From Escherichia phage JLBYU31, in the sequence record OK272473.1: a stretch of DNA of 64,000 bases. The stretch is one strand, 5' to 3'. Made by a program: the position numbers and the translations under genes. Below, piece by piece: positions 52,601 through 62,475 of the stretch (position 1 is the first letter of the stretch; each line of letters opens with the position of its first letter). The notes under the pieces were generated by a model, which saw only the letters and a list, made by a program, of their open reading frames with translations, was not told the origin of the DNA and did not search any database.

Positions 52601-53521
52601 TCTACTGTATTTGAAGTTGGTGATGAAACGTCTAATCACTTTTATTCTCAACGCAATAAAGCTGGGAATATAACGTTTAGTATCAATGGTACTGTAATGC
52701 CAATAAATGTTAATGCTTCGGGTTCTTTGAATGCGAATGGCGTAGCAACATTTGGTAGTTCAGTTACAGCCAATGGTGAATTCATTAGCAAGTCTGCAAA
52801 TGCTTTCAGAGTAATAAACGGTGATTATGGATTCTTTATCAGGAATGATGGCGGCAGCACATATTTTATGCTTACTGCATCTGGTGATCAGACCGGTGGA
52901 TTTAATGGATTACGTCCATTATCAATTAATAATCAATCCGGTCAAGTCACAATTGGTGAAAGCTTAATCATTGCCAAAGGTGCTACTATAAATTCAGGTG
53001 GTTTAACTGTTAACTCGAGAATTCGTTCTCAGGGCACTAAAACTTCTGACTTATATACCCGTGCGCCAACATCTGATACTGTAGGATTCTGGTCAATTGA
53101 CATTAATGATTCAGCCACTTATAATCAGTTCCCAGGTTATTTTAAAATGGTTGAAAAAACTAATGAAGTGACTGGACTTCCATACTTAGAACGCGGTGAA
53201 GAAGTTAAATCTCCTGGTACATTGACTCAGTTTGGTAACACACTTGATTCGCTTTACCAAGATTGGATTACTTATCCAACGACTCCAGAAGCACGTACCA
53301 CTCGCTGGACCCGTACATGGCAGAAAACCAAAAACTCTTGGTCGAGTTTTGTTCAGGTATTTGATGGAGGTAACCCTCCTCAGCCGTCTGATATCGGTGC
53401 TTTACCATCTGATAATGCTACAATGGGGAATCTTACTATTCGCGATTTCTTACGAATTGGTAATGTTCGCATTATTCCTGACCCAGTAAATAAATCTGTT
53501 AAATTTGAATGGATTGAATAA
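49652..53521 (+). CDS. 34: long tail fibre proximal subunit gp34
   Basis: 1289-aa ORF (same length as T4 gp34) with internal repeated TPKKL/TATETRRG motifs. Confidence 0.95.
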   Translation: MAEIKRKFRAEDGLDAGGDKIINVALADRTVGTDGVNVDYLIQENTVQQYDPTRGYLKDFVIIYDNRFWAAINDIPKPAGAFNSGRWRALRTDANWITVSSGSYQLKSGEAISVNTAAGNDITFTLPSTPIDGDTIVLQDIGGKPGVNQVLIVAPVQSIVNFRGEQVRSVLMTHPKSQLVLIFSNRLWQMYVADYSREAVIVTPANTYQAQSNDFIVRRFTSAAPINVKLPRFANHGDIINFVDLDKLNPLYHTIVTTYDETTSVQEVGTHSIEGRTSIDGFLMFDDNEKLWRLFDGDSKARLRIITTNSNIRPNEEVMVFGANNGTTQTIELQLPTNISVGDTVKISMNYMRKGQTVKIKAADEDKIASSVQLLQFPKRSEYPPEAEWVTVQELVFNGETNYVPVLQLAYIEDSDGKYWVVQQNVPTVERVDSLNDSTRARLGVIALATQAQANVDLENSPQKELAITPETLANRTATETRRGIARIATTAQVNQNTTFSFADDLIITPKKLNERTATETRRGVAEIATQQETNTGTDDTTIITPKKLQARQGSESLSGIVTFVSTAGATPASSRELNGTNVYNKNTNNLVVSPKALDQYKATPTQQGAVILAVESEVIAGQSQEGWTNAVVTPETLHKKTSTDGRIGLIEIATQSEVNTGTDYTRAVTPKTLNDRRATESLSGIAEIATQVEFDAGVDDTRISTPLKIKTRFNSTDRTSVVALSGLVESGTLWDHYTLNILEANETQRGTLRVATQVEAAAGTLDNVLITPKKLLGTKSTESQEGVIKVATQSETVTGTSANTAVSPKNLKWIVQSEPTWAATTAIRGFVKTSSGSITFVGNDTVGSTQPLESYEKNSYAISPYELNRVLANYLPLKAKAADSNLLDGLDSSQFIRRDIAQTVNGSLTLTQQTNLSAPLVSSSTAAFGGSVSANSTLTISNTGTATRLIFEKGPQTGTNPAQTMTIRVWGNQFSGGSDTTRSTVFEVGDETSNHFYSQRNKAGNITFSINGTVMPINVNASGSLNANGVATFGSSVTANGEFISKSANAFRVINGDYGFFIRNDGGSTYFMLTASGDQTGGFNGLRPLSINNQSGQVTIGESLIIAKGATINSGGLTVNSRIRSQGTKTSDLYTRAPTSDTVGFWSIDINDSATYNQFPGYFKMVEKTNEVTGLPYLERGEEVKSPGTLTQFGNTLDSLYQDWITYPTTPEARTTRWTRTWQKTKNSWSSFVQVFDGGNPPQPSDIGALPSDNATMGNLTIRDFLRIGNVRIIPDPVNKSVKFEWIE

Positions 53522-53529
53522 GAGGTATT

Positions 53530-54645
53530 ATGGAAAAATTTATGGCAGAGTTTGGACAAGGATATGTCCAAACGCCATTTTTATCGGAAAGTAATTCAGT
53601 AAGATACAAAATAAGTATAGCGGGTTCTTGCCCGCTTTCTACTGCAGGACCATATGTTAAATTTCAAGATAATCCTGTCGGAAATCAAACATTTAGCGCA
53701 GGACTTCATCTAAGAGTTTTTGACCCTTCCACCGGAGCATTAGTTGATAGTAAGTCATATGCTTTTTCTACTTCAAATGATACTACATCAGCTGCTTTTG
53801 TTAGTTTCATGAATTCTTTGACGAATAACAGACTTGTTGCTATATTAACTAGCGGAAAGGTTAATTTTCCTCCTGAAGTAGTATCTTGGTTAAGAACCGC
53901 CGGAACGTCTGCTTTTCCATCTGATTCTGTATTGTCAAGATTCGACGTATCATATGCTGCCTTTTATACTTCTTCTAAAAGAGCTATTGCATTAGAGCAT
54001 GTTAAACTGAGTAATAGAAAAAGCACAGATGATTATCAAACTATTTTAGATGTTGTATTTGACAGTTTAGAGGACGTTGGAGCCACAGGATTTCCTAAAA
54101 GAACATACGAAAGCGTTGAGCAATTCATGTCAGCAGTTGGAGGAACTAATAACGAAATTGCACGTCTACCAACTTCAGCTGCCATAAGTAAATTATCTGA
54201 CTATAATTTAATTCCTGGCGATGTTCTTTATCTCAAAGCACAGTTATATGCTGATGCAGATTTACTTGCGCTTGGAACTACAAATATATCTATCCGTTTT
54301 TATAACGCATCGAATGGATATATTTCCTCGACACAAGCTGAGTTTACCGGGCAAGCTGGTTCTTGGGAATTAAAAGAAGATTATGTGGTTGTTCCAGAAA
54401 ACGCTGTCGGATTTACGATATATGCACAGAGAACTGCTCAAGCGGGACAAGGCGGTATGCGAAATTTAAGCTTTTCTGAAGTATCAAGAAATGGCGGCAT
54501 TTCAAAACCTGCTGAATTTGGCGTCAATGGTATTCGTGTTAATTATATCTGTGAATCTGCTTCACCTCCGGATATAATGGTACTTCCTACGCAAGCATCG
54601 TCTAAAACTGGTAAAGTGTTTGGGCAAGAATTTAGAGAAGTATAA
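53530..54645 (+). CDS. 35: long tail fibre hinge connector gp35
   Basis: 371-aa ORF following gene 34 with SD AGAGG. Confidence 0.9.
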   Translation: MEKFMAEFGQGYVQTPFLSESNSVRYKISIAGSCPLSTAGPYVKFQDNPVGNQTFSAGLHLRVFDPSTGALVDSKSYAFSTSNDTTSAAFVSFMNSLTNNRLVAILTSGKVNFPPEVVSWLRTAGTSAFPSDSVLSRFDVSYAAFYTSSKRAIALEHVKLSNRKSTDDYQTILDVVFDSLEDVGATGFPKRTYESVEQFMSAVGGTNNEIARLPTSAAISKLSDYNLIPGDVLYLKAQLYADADLLALGTTNISIRFYNASNGYISSTQAEFTGQAGSWELKEDYVVVPENAVGFTIYAQRTAQAGQGGMRNLSFSEVSRNGGISKPAEFGVNGIRVNYICESASPPDIMVLPTQASSKTGKVFGQEFREV

Positions 54646-54650
54646 ATTGA

Positions 54651-54676
54651 GGGAGCCTTCGGGTTCCCTTTTTCTT
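54651..54676 (+). terminator. hairpin GGGAGCC-UUCG-GGUUCCC + UUUUUCUUU after gene 35
   Basis: 7-bp stem with UUCG loop and T-run. Confidence 0.75.
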
Positions 54677-54684
54677 TATAAATA
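54677..54684 (+). promoter_or_regulatory. late promoter TATAAATA for gene 36
   Basis: Exact TATAAATA 24 nt upstream of the gene 36 ATG. Confidence 0.65.
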
Positions 54685-54707
54685 CTATTAAAATAAAGGG
54701 GCATACA

Positions 54708-55373
54708 ATGGCTGATTTAAAAGTAGGTTCAACAACCGGAGGCTCTGTCATTTGGCATCAAGGAAATTTTCCATTGAATCCAGCCGGTGACGATGTACTC
54801 TATAAATCATTTAAAATATATTCAGAATACAATAAACCGCAAGCGGCTGATAACGATTTCGTTTCTAAAGCTAATGGTGGTACTTATGCATCAAAGGTAA
54901 CATTTAACGGTGGAGTTCAAGTTCCGTATGCTGTAAACAACACAAACCCATGCGGTGTTTATCCAGGTAACGGTGATAATGCTACTTTTGCTGTAGCAAA
55001 TATCGATATTGTTTCGTGGAATGGTATTGGTTTTAAATCATCACAAGGTTCAGCAGCTCGAACTGTTGTAATTAATGCACGTAATGGTGATATTAGTACA
55101 AAAGGCGTTGTGTCGGCAGCAGGTCAAGTAAGAAGTGATGCGGCTGCTCCTATAGCAGCGAATGACCTTACTAGAAAGGACTATGTTGATGGAGCAATAA
55201 ATACTGTTACAGCAAATGCAAACTCTAGAGTGTTGCGTTCTGGTGACACTATGACGGGAAACTTAACCGCACCAAACTTTTTCTCACAGAATCCTGCGTC
55301 TCAACCTTCTCACGTTCCGCGATTTGATCAAATCGTAATTAAGGATTCTGTTCAAGATTTCGGCTATTATTAA
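54708..55373 (+). CDS. 36: long tail fibre distal connector gp36
   Basis: 221-aa ORF (same length as T4 gp36). Confidence 0.9.
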   Translation: MADLKVGSTTGGSVIWHQGNFPLNPAGDDVLYKSFKIYSEYNKPQAADNDFVSKANGGTYASKVTFNGGVQVPYAVNNTNPCGVYPGNGDNATFAVANIDIVSWNGIGFKSSQGSAARTVVINARNGDISTKGVVSAAGQVRSDAAAPIAANDLTRKDYVDGAINTVTANANSRVLRSGDTMTGNLTAPNFFSQNPASQPSHVPRFDQIVIKDSVQDFGYY

Positions 55374-55381
55374 GAGGACTT

Positions 55382-58300
55382 ATGGCTACTTTAAAACAAA
55401 TACAATTTAAAAGAAGCAAAACTGCAGGTCAACGTCCTGCTGCTTCAGTATTAGCCGAAGGTGAATTGGCTATAAACTTAAAAGACCGTACTCTTTTTAC
55501 TAAAGATGACTCGGGAAATATTATTGATCTAGGTATTGCTAAAGGCGGTCAAATTGATGGAAATGTAACTATTGATGGAACTTTACGCGTCAATGGACCA
55601 ATAAACAACTTTGGAAATTTTTCTACAAGTGGTACTATTACGGCAAGTAATATTGTTTCTGCTACAGTATTCAGATCAACATCCGGTTCATTTTATACAA
55701 GAGCAATAAATGATACTGCAAATGCCCATCTTTGGTTTGAAAATACAAATGGATCAGAACGTGGCGTTTTATATTCAAAACCGCAGTCTGAAAATGAAGG
55801 CGTAATTACAATGCGTGTTCGTCAAGGAACCGCTGCGGGAGCTCAAAATTCAGAATTTCATTTCATTTCTACTGATGGCGGTATCTTCCAGGCACGTAAG
55901 TTAACTGCTTTAACTTCTATTAGTACACCAACTATTAGTGTTAATTTAATTAATCATGATTCTAAATCATTTGGACAATACGATTCACAATCTTTGGTTA
56001 ACTATGTTTATCCTGAAACCGGTGAAACAAATGGTGTAAACTATCTTCGTAAAGTTCGCGCTAAGTCCGGTGGTACAATTTATCATGAAATTGTTACTGC
56101 CCAAACAGGCCTGGCTGATGAAGTTTCTTGGTGGACTGGTAATACACCATTATTTAAACTATACGGTATTCGTAACGACGGTAGAATGATTATCCGCAAT
56201 AGTTTGGCCATTGGTACTGTGACACAAGGGTTTCCGTCAAGTGATTATGGCAATGTTGGGGCACTAGGAAATATATTTCTTGCTTTAGGTGATAATGGAA
56301 CTGGTCTAGTTTATAGAAAAACCGGGGTATTTGATTTCGTTGGTTCTGGTTTATCTTTGGCATCTATTACTCCTGATAGTTTCCGTAGTACTCGCAAAGC
56401 AATATTTGGACGCTCAGAAGACCAAGGTACAACATGGACAATGCCTGGAACGAACGCTGCCTTTTTATCAGTTCAAACACAGGCTGATGAAAACACTGCC
56501 GGAGACGGCCAGACGCATATTGGCTATAACTCAGGCGGAAAAATGAACCACTATTTCCGTGGTAAAGGCAAAACTAATATTAATACTCAGGAAGGTATGG
56601 AAGTTAATCCGGGTATTTTGAAATTGGTAACTGGCTCTAATAATGTAATGTTTTATGCTGATGGCGGTATTACATCTGTTAAGCAGCTTTCAATATATAA
56701 TGGCATATATTTAGCAGCTAATAATTCTACTGCTGGGCTAACATTCGCTCCAACTACTACAATTGATGGCACTAAGCAAATTTTGTGGGAAGGCGGTACT
56801 CGTGCTGGTCAGAATAAAAGCTACGTAACTGTTAAAGCATGGGGTAATTCATTTAATGCATCTGGCGATCGTGCTCGTGAAACAGTTTTTGAAGTATCAG
56901 ATGGACAAGGATATTATTTTTATTCACAGCGTGTGGCTCCAAGTGGCTCTGAAACTACTGGGCCTGTTGTAACCCAGTTCAATGGACAAGTTAATGCTAG
57001 AGGAAGTATTATTACTGACGGAAGTTTTAAAGTTAATGGATTAAGCACTTTAGTCGGTAATGTTACCATGTCTAATGGTTTGTTTGTCCAAGGTGGTTCT
57101 TCTATTACTGGACAAGTTAAAATTGGCGGAACAGCTGATGCATTAAGAATTTGGAATGCTGAATACGGGGCTATTTTCCGTCGTTCTGAAGATAAGCTTT
57201 ATATTATTCCAACTCCACAGAATGCTGGTGAATCAGGTGGTATTTCTAATTTACGTCCGTTCTATATTACATTAAGTAATGGTAAAGTTTCCATGGATCA
57301 TGATGTAGATATCGGTGGAGGTAGATTTAAAGTAGAAGTGGCTGGAACTACTGCTAATCAACGCATAACAGTAAATATGGCATCAGATGCTATTAGAATA
57401 AATGCTCCAACACAAGAGTCTTCTAACTTCATTCAAGGACGTAAAGCAGATGTTCCGAAATGGTATTTAGGTATTGGCGATGGCGGAAACGTCGTTCGTA
57501 TGCATAGTTACACCCATTCACATGGTATTGCATTAAACTCTGATACTGTCGATATTACTAAGCCTCTTAAAGTCGGAAATGCCCAACTAGGAACTGACGG
57601 TAATATTACCGGTGGTTCAGGAAACTTTGCTAATTTAAACAGTACAATTGAATCATTAAAAACCGATATTGTTTCAAGTTATCCTATTGGAGCTCCTATT
57701 CCATGGCCAACGGATACTCCTCCTGACGGTTACGCTATTATGGAAGGCCAGACTTTTGATAAGTCTGCATACCCAAAATTGGCTATGGCTTACCCATCTG
57801 GCGTAATTCCAGATATGCGCGGGCAAACTATTAAAGGTAAACCAAGTGGTCGAGCTGTATTAAGCGCAGAAGCCGATGGTGTTAAGGCTCATAGCCATAG
57901 TGCATCGGCTTCAAGTACTGACTTGGGTACTAAAACTACATCAAGCTTTGATTATGGTACTAAAACATCTTCAAGCTTTGATTATGGTACTAAGACTAGT
58001 AACACCACAGGAAACCATAATCATACAGTGAGTGGTAATACTAGTTCCGCCGGTGCGCACCAACACAACGAAGGGACGTATTTTTCATCGTACAGATACT
58101 TTATGAACGGATACAATACTCGCCAGTCATCGGGAGCTGCCATCGAAACATCCAATAGACAAGGCATAGCGTTTTATGGTAAAACCTCTAGTGCTGGTGC
58201 CCACACTCATAGTTGGTCAGGAACCACGAGTACTACAGGTAACCATGCTCATACTGTAGGTATCGGTGCTCATACCCATACTGTAGGTATCGGTGCTCAT

Positions 58301-58414
58301 ACCCACATGGTAGCAATTGGCTCGCATGGTCATACTATCACTGTAAATAGTACAGGTAATACAGAAAACACGGTTAAAAACATTGCTTTTAACTATATCG
58401 TTCGTTTAGCATAA
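55382..58414 (+). CDS. 37: long tail fibre distal subunit gp37 (receptor-binding tip with His-box repeats)
   Basis: 1010-aa ORF, N-terminus [24 protein letters not shown]; C-terminal HxH repeats ([33 protein letters not shown]). Confidence 0.92.
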   Translation: MATLKQIQFKRSKTAGQRPAASVLAEGELAINLKDRTLFTKDDSGNIIDLGIAKGGQIDGNVTIDGTLRVNGPINNFGNFSTSGTITASNIVSATVFRSTSGSFYTRAINDTANAHLWFENTNGSERGVLYSKPQSENEGVITMRVRQGTAAGAQNSEFHFISTDGGIFQARKLTALTSISTPTISVNLINHDSKSFGQYDSQSLVNYVYPETGETNGVNYLRKVRAKSGGTIYHEIVTAQTGLADEVSWWTGNTPLFKLYGIRNDGRMIIRNSLAIGTVTQGFPSSDYGNVGALGNIFLALGDNGTGLVYRKTGVFDFVGSGLSLASITPDSFRSTRKAIFGRSEDQGTTWTMPGTNAAFLSVQTQADENTAGDGQTHIGYNSGGKMNHYFRGKGKTNINTQEGMEVNPGILKLVTGSNNVMFYADGGITSVKQLSIYNGIYLAANNSTAGLTFAPTTTIDGTKQILWEGGTRAGQNKSYVTVKAWGNSFNASGDRARETVFEVSDGQGYYFYSQRVAPSGSETTGPVVTQFNGQVNARGSIITDGSFKVNGLSTLVGNVTMSNGLFVQGGSSITGQVKIGGTADALRIWNAEYGAIFRRSEDKLYIIPTPQNAGESGGISNLRPFYITLSNGKVSMDHDVDIGGGRFKVEVAGTTANQRITVNMASDAIRINAPTQESSNFIQGRKADVPKWYLGIGDGGNVVRMHSYTHSHGIALNSDTVDITKPLKVGNAQLGTDGNITGGSGNFANLNSTIESLKTDIVSSYPIGAPIPWPTDTPPDGYAIMEGQTFDKSAYPKLAMAYPSGVIPDMRGQTIKGKPSGRAVLSAEADGVKAHSHSASASSTDLGTKTTSSFDYGTKTSSSFDYGTKTSNTTGNHNHTVSGNTSSAGAHQHNEGTYFSSYRYFMNGYNTRQSSGAAIETSNRQGIAFYGKTSSAGAHTHSWSGTTSTTGNHAHTVGIGAHTHTVGIGAHTHMVAIGSHGHTITVNSTGNTENTVKNIAFNYIVRLA
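57926..57996. repeat. 30-bp tandem repeat x2.4 inside gene 37 (peptide GTKT(T/S)SSFDY)
   Basis: ggtactaaaac..tcaagctttgattat repeated head to tail. Confidence 0.7.
58253..58306. repeat. 27-bp tandem repeat x2 inside gene 37 (peptide TVGIGAHTH)
   Basis: actgtaggtatcggtgctcataccca(t/c) twice in tandem. Confidence 0.7.
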
Positions 58415-58418
58415 GGAG

Positions 58419-58434
58419 AGGGGCTTCGGCCCCT
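58419..58434 (+). promoter_or_regulatory. gene 38 split ribosome-binding site: hairpin AGGGGC-UUCG-GCCCCU between SD AAGGAG and AUG
   Basis: SD-like AAGGAGAGG lies ~25 nt upstream of the gene 38 AUG with a UUCG hairpin between, the arrangement described for T4 gene 38. Confidence 0.6.
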
Positions 58435-58441
58435 TCTAAAT

Positions 58442-58993
58442 ATGAAAATATATCATTATTATTTTGACACTAAAGAATTTTACAAAGAAGAAAATTACAA
58501 ACCGGTTAAAGGCCTCGGTCTTCCTGCTCATTCAACAATTAAAAAACCTTTAGAACCTAAAGAAGGATATGCAGTTGTATTTGATGAACGTACTCAGGAT
58601 TGGATTTATGAAGAAGACCATCGCGGAAAACGAGCATGGACTTTTAATAAAGAAGAAATTTTTATAAGTGAAATTGGAAGCCCGGTTGGTATAACTTTTG
58701 ATGAGCCTGGCGAATTTGATATATGGACTGATGACGGTTGGAAAGAAGACGAAACATATAAGCGAGTTTTAATTCGTAATAGAAAAATTGAAGAATTATA
58801 TAAAGAGTTCCAAGTTTTAAATAATATGATTGAAGCTTCTGTCGCCAATAAAAAGGAAAAATTTTATTATAAAAACCTTAAGCGGTTCTTTGCTCTTTTA
58901 GAAAAGCATGAGCATTTAGGTGGTGAATTCCCTTCATGGCCTGAAAAAGAACGGAAACCTTGGTATAAGCGTTTATTCAAGCATTACGTATAA
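58442..58993 (+). CDS. 38: gp38, tail-fibre assembly chaperone (T4 type)
   Basis: 183-aa ORF, N-terminus MKIYHYYFDTKEFYKEENYKPVKGLGLPAHS as in T4 gp38. Confidence 0.9.
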   Translation: MKIYHYYFDTKEFYKEENYKPVKGLGLPAHSTIKKPLEPKEGYAVVFDERTQDWIYEEDHRGKRAWTFNKEEIFISEIGSPVGITFDEPGEFDIWTDDGWKEDETYKRVLIRNRKIEELYKEFQVLNNMIEASVANKKEKFYYKNLKRFFALLEKHEHLGGEFPSWPEKERKPWYKRLFKHYV

Positions 58994-58996
58994 ATA
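58989..58996 (+). promoter_or_regulatory. late promoter TATAAATA for holin gene t
   Basis: Exact TATAAATA overlapping the gene 38 stop, 18 nt upstream of the t ATG, SD AAGGAGGG. Confidence 0.65.
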
Positions 58997-59013
58997 TCTT
59001 AAAAGGAGGGTCT

Positions 59014-59670
59014 ATGGCAGCACCTAGAATATCATTTTCGCCCTCTGATATTCTATTTGGTGTTCTAGATCGCTTGTTCAAAGATAACGCTACCGGGAAA
59101 GTTCTTGCTTCCCGGGTAGCTGTCGTAATTCTTTTATTTATGATGGCGATTGTTTGGTATAGGGGAGATAGTTTCTTTGAGTACTATAAGCAATCAAAGT
59201 ATGAAACATACAGTGAAATTATTGAAAAGGAAAGAAATGCACGCTTTGAATCTGTCGCCCTGGAACAACTCCAGATAGTTCATATATCATCTGAGGCAGA
59301 CTTTAGTGCGGTGTATTCTTTCCGCCCTAAAAACTTAAACTATTTTGTTGATATTATAGCATACGAAGGAAAATTACCTTCAACAATAAGTGAAAAATCA
59401 CTTGGAGGATATCCTGTTGATAAAACTATGGATGAATATACAGTTCATTTAAATGGACGTCATTATTATTCCAACTCAAAATTTGCTTTTTTACCAACTA
59501 AAAAGCCTACTCCCGAAATAAACTACATGTACAGTTGTCCATATTTTAATTTGGATAACATCTATGCTGGAACAATAACCATGTACTGGTATAGAAATGA
59601 TCATATAAGTAATGACCGCCTTGAATCAATATGTGCTCAGGCGGCCAGAATATTAGGAAGGGCTAAATAA
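59014..59670 (+). CDS. t: holin / lysis-inhibition protein T
   Basis: 218-aa ORF with single N-terminal TM segment VAVVILLFMMAIVWY and large periplasmic domain. Confidence 0.92.
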   Translation: MAAPRISFSPSDILFGVLDRLFKDNATGKVLASRVAVVILLFMMAIVWYRGDSFFEYYKQSKYETYSEIIEKERNARFESVALEQLQIVHISSEADFSAVYSFRPKNLNYFVDIIAYEGKLPSTISEKSLGGYPVDKTMDEYTVHLNGRHYYSNSKFAFLPTKKPTPEINYMYSCPYFNLDNIYAGTITMYWYRNDHISNDRLESICAQAARILGRAK

Positions 59671-59943
59671 TTATTTGTTCGTATACATCTCTAGATATCG
59701 ATATACACCCTCAAAACCCTCGTTGAATTCGTCGATGAGGGTTTTCTTATCTTCTTGAGTTAATTCAGAAACAATTTTACGGAATGAATTCTGATTTAAT
59801 TTTCTACCTTCATGCGTTACTCCAATCTCATTCAGAAATGCAATAAAATTAGCACGATTTTCAACAATATCTTCTCTGGAAAATTTAATCAAAATAGACG
59901 CAACAGTAATAATTTCACGAACTGTATCAATGTTTTTATTCAT
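59671..59943 (-). CDS. asiA: anti-sigma-70 factor AsiA
   Basis: 90-aa ORF MNKNIDTVREIITVASILIKFSREDIVENRANFIAFLNEIGVTHEGRKLNQNSF as T4 AsiA. Confidence 0.95.
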   Translation of the reverse strand: MNKNIDTVREIITVASILIKFSREDIVENRANFIAFLNEIGVTHEGRKLNQNSFRKIVSELTQEDKKTLIDEFNEGFEGVYRYLEMYTNK

Positions 59944-59955
59944 TAACTATACCAC

Positions 59956-60108
59956 TCAATTAGTTGACTTTATTATAATATCATCAGACACTTGATTTGT
60001 AAACTGATCTGTGTTATTTTCTTCAAAAATTTTTTCTACGAATTCCTTGAACGACTCACGTTCCTGAGCTACATTATGCTCGATTACCTTTTCAAGATTA
60101 TGACTCAT
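59956..60108 (-). CDS. small ORF (50 aa), start overlapping arn stop (ATGA)
   Basis: ATG/TGA overlap with arn; below track cutoff; overlaps the asiA early promoter, so uncertain. Confidence 0.3.
   Translation of the reverse strand: MSHNLEKVIEHNVAQERESFKEFVEKIFEENNTDQFTNQVSDDIIIKSTN
59975..60004 (-). promoter_or_regulatory. early promoter GTTTAC-N18-TATTAT (TGa extended -10) upstream of asiA
   Basis: Read on minus strand 32 nt upstream of the asiA ATG. Confidence 0.6.
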
Positions 60109-60383
60109 TCGAAATAATCTTCAATTTCATAATCATGGACATAAATCATTATAGTTTTTAATACATCATCAATACTTTTTCCTGGAGCTGGAATTACGTA
60201 AAAATATCCTGCTTTTGAGAGGTCTTTATAAGTTCCAACCAAGAAATCGTTATTCTCAAGATGTAGTTCTTCAACTAATTCATTGACAATTGAGTGGTAT
60301 AAATTTGGTAGAAACTTATATAGCTTTTCTAGAATATCAATTTTGATTGTATATTGAACCACGGATTGAGAATCAATAATCAT
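60105..60383 (-). CDS. arn: Arn, anti-restriction (McrBC inhibitor) protein
   Basis: 92-aa acidic ORF MIIDSQSVVQYTIKIDILEKLYKFLPNLYHS at T4 arn position. Confidence 0.85.
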   Translation of the reverse strand: MIIDSQSVVQYTIKIDILEKLYKFLPNLYHSIVNELVEELHLENNDFLVGTYKDLSKAGYFYVIPAPGKSIDDVLKTIMIYVHDYEIEDYFE

Positions 60384-60466
60384 AGACCTTCCCCTTATGT
60401 TTCTGTTTGCGATTAGATTCTTTAAACGCTTTCTTCTTATCCTTATGAACAGAAGCTTTATTAAAA

Positions 60467-60685
60467 TTATGTTTTGCGACTAAATTGTTCATAGTGCTGA
60501 ATTACCTCTCTTAAACATTTGCATGTGAATGAAAACTTTTTAGCTACACCACATTCAAATATATGTTCTCTTAAATCACGTGTATCGGTATATCCCATCT
60601 CAACAATAAAATGCCGTATTAAATTTTTATCTTTATCATTGAGAGAATTAAAATAGTCAGATTTTGAATTAATTTCCCTGGCCAA
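60467..60685 (-). CDS. hypothetical Cys-containing protein (72 aa), TTG start
   Basis: Track ORF; start codon is TTG with SD AAGGTG. Confidence 0.45.
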   Translation of the reverse strand: MAREINSKSDYFNSLNDKDKNLIRHFIVEMGYTDTRDLREHIFECGVAKKFSFTCKCLREVIQHYEQFSRKT

Positions 60686-60965
60686 ATTGAATCACCTTCA
60701 GTTGACGTTTTAATTCTTTTATCATTTCTTCGTTCATCGCAATATAAAGATCGCGTAAAGCAGGTTTTAGCATGTCATTTATTATAGAACTAAATGGACA
60801 TACATAATCTTTTCCTACAAGCTTTTTGGTGAATTCCATATCGCAGAACTTAAATCCCGGCTCATTGGTATAAATTCCCCAATTAGTTGACATCATTTTA
60901 TTAGCATATTCCAGCGCCTGGATTTGATTCATAATTCCATCAATTTGAAACTTTTTAATATTCAT
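60669..60965 (-). CDS. hypothetical protein (98 aa)
   Basis: ORF with ATG. Confidence 0.55.
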   Translation of the reverse strand: MNIKKFQIDGIMNQIQALEYANKMMSTNWGIYTNEPGFKFCDMEFTKKLVGKDYVCPFSSIINDMLKPALRDLYIAMNEEMIKELKRQLKVIQFGQGN

Positions 60966-61426
60966 TAGTAAAGGTCCTCAGAGTAAAGTTCTTTTTCACT
61001 ACCACCGCGTTCAATACGTACTTGTCCGGCGTAAGTTGCAATAATCATTGCTTCTTCACGTGTCCAATAATTACTATATTGGTCAATAAACCCTTGGTCA
61101 TCATCACAAACTTGTTGAGTAACTAATTGAGGTTTAACTACATCTAAAACTGCTGCCATATCTTTAGAATAATGACGAGCACCCGGAATAACAAGAATTC
61201 GTCCATCTTTTAATTTAAAACGGTTGGCTGCGCAAACAATCCGTCGTTGGTACTTTTGGTTTTCATCCCAGTATGCAGACTGCCAACAGATTTCCGGAAC
61301 TTCTGCAAGAATATCTTCTTCTGTGCATTTATAACCGTGTGCTTTAAATTTTTCAACAAGACTTTCTGGAGTCTCACGATATAAAGGAATATTCAGCATT
61401 TTTAAACGATTAATAAATGGATTCAT
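60965..61426 (-). CDS. hypothetical protein (153 aa)
   Basis: ORF with ATG; no motif recognised. Confidence 0.6.
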   Translation of the reverse strand: MNPFINRLKMLNIPLYRETPESLVEKFKAHGYKCTEEDILAEVPEICWQSAYWDENQKYQRRIVCAANRFKLKDGRILVIPGARHYSKDMAAVLDVVKPQLVTQQVCDDDQGFIDQYSNYWTREEAMIIATYAGQVRIERGGSEKELYSEDLY

Positions 61427-61752
61427 TTAAACCATCCTTTAATACGTTGCCACAAAGTTTTCTGTTGAGCTTTGTTAACACCAATTGAGCGAATAACTGG
61501 TTGAGATTCCTGGAATTCTTTATAATCAGCAAGGTAAATTTCGTAAGCTGAATCCGTAAAGGAACTTATAGCTGCCATGAAATTATTGCGAATACCTACT
61601 GGAGCATCTTTACTTTCACGAATAATCATGTATTTACCAGTCTTAATCTTTACGATACTTCCAAGATAAGCTCCATGGTACCAGATATCCCAACCCTCTT
61701 GAGTAGGTTCTGCACAACGACGAAGTTCATTAATAATTTCTAACTTGTTCAT
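61423..61752 (-). CDS. hypothetical protein (109 aa)
   Basis: ORF with ATG, ATGA coupling. Confidence 0.55.
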   Translation of the reverse strand: MNKLEIINELRRCAEPTQEGWDIWYHGAYLGSIVKIKTGKYMIIRESKDAPVGIRNNFMAAISSFTDSAYEIYLADYKEFQESQPVIRSIGVNKAQQKTLWQRIKGWFK

Positions 61753-61762
61753 TATTTATTCC

Positions 61763-62398
61763 TCACAGTTCAGATGCTACGGTGATTACAGCTTCAATGT
61801 TTTCTGCCGAGCGTTTAATGTCAAGATACACATTACCATTTTTAGCGATTTTGCATGACATACCGATGTCAGTAAATTTCTGAATATGATGTTCCATCAT
61901 TTTGTATCCAAAAATTCGCATATTTCCATTGTTGTTAATTTCAAAATTACGAATTCCGTGAGTGCGTTTTTCTAAAATAGCGAGATAGTTACTACGATAA
62001 GTTTCAACTTTTTTAAGAACAAATCCATTTTCATCTAAAAGTTTTAACATGAAATCTTTATCTTCTTCCATATCAGAAGTAATCTCGCGAGCTTTACGAG
62101 TTGCTCGTTTTTTCAGTAGTTCCGGAGCATTTTCCTGCGCGTATAAAGTTGCTGCGTTTGAAATAATATCCTGAGCTTCACCTGTAATGATTAATCCATC
62201 ACCAGATTTCTCCACCAGGCCTTTTTTAATCAATACCCCAATATTACTATTAACTACTGCGTTACCTAAATCTGGATGCACCTCACGAACTTCTGCAGCT
62301 GTAATGAAATCTTTCTTAGCAATGGTAATTAAAATCGCAGCAGTTTTTTCATTCAGAACATCGTTAGAAGCTTTGATGATGTAAGTTACTTTAGACAT
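61763..62398 (-). CDS. motA: MotA, middle-transcription activator
   Basis: 211-aa ORF MSKVTYIIKASNDVLNEKTAAILITIAKKDFITAAEVREVHPDLGNAV as T4 MotA. Confidence 0.95.
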   Translation of the reverse strand: MSKVTYIIKASNDVLNEKTAAILITIAKKDFITAAEVREVHPDLGNAVVNSNIGVLIKKGLVEKSGDGLIITGEAQDIISNAATLYAQENAPELLKKRATRKAREITSDMEEDKDFMLKLLDENGFVLKKVETYRSNYLAILEKRTHGIRNFEINNNGNMRIFGYKMMEHHIQKFTDIGMSCKIAKNGNVYLDIKRSAENIEAVITVASEL

Positions 62399-62439
62399 TT
62401 TCTAATCTCCGTAATTCTGTATCAGTAGTTGATAGTTGT

Positions 62440-62469
62440 ATAGTACCACAGTATGCTTTGGTTGTAAAC
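62440..62469 (-). promoter_or_regulatory. early promoter GTTTAC-N18-TACTAT (TGg extended -10) upstream of motA
   Basis: On minus strand between terminator 62476-62519 and the motA ATG; A/T-rich UP element. Confidence 0.55.
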
Positions 62470-62475
62470 CGTTTT

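Noticed and set aside
53232-53489. 85-aa plus-strand ORF in another frame of gene 34
   Set aside because: Internal out-of-frame ORF of a long structural gene, no start signals
59668-59673. Missing terminator between convergent t and asiA (adjacent stop codons TAA/TTA)
   Set aside because: Noted as unusual, but a hairpin inside the asiA 3' coding region (about 59714-59746) may serve; not enough evidence for a separate claim
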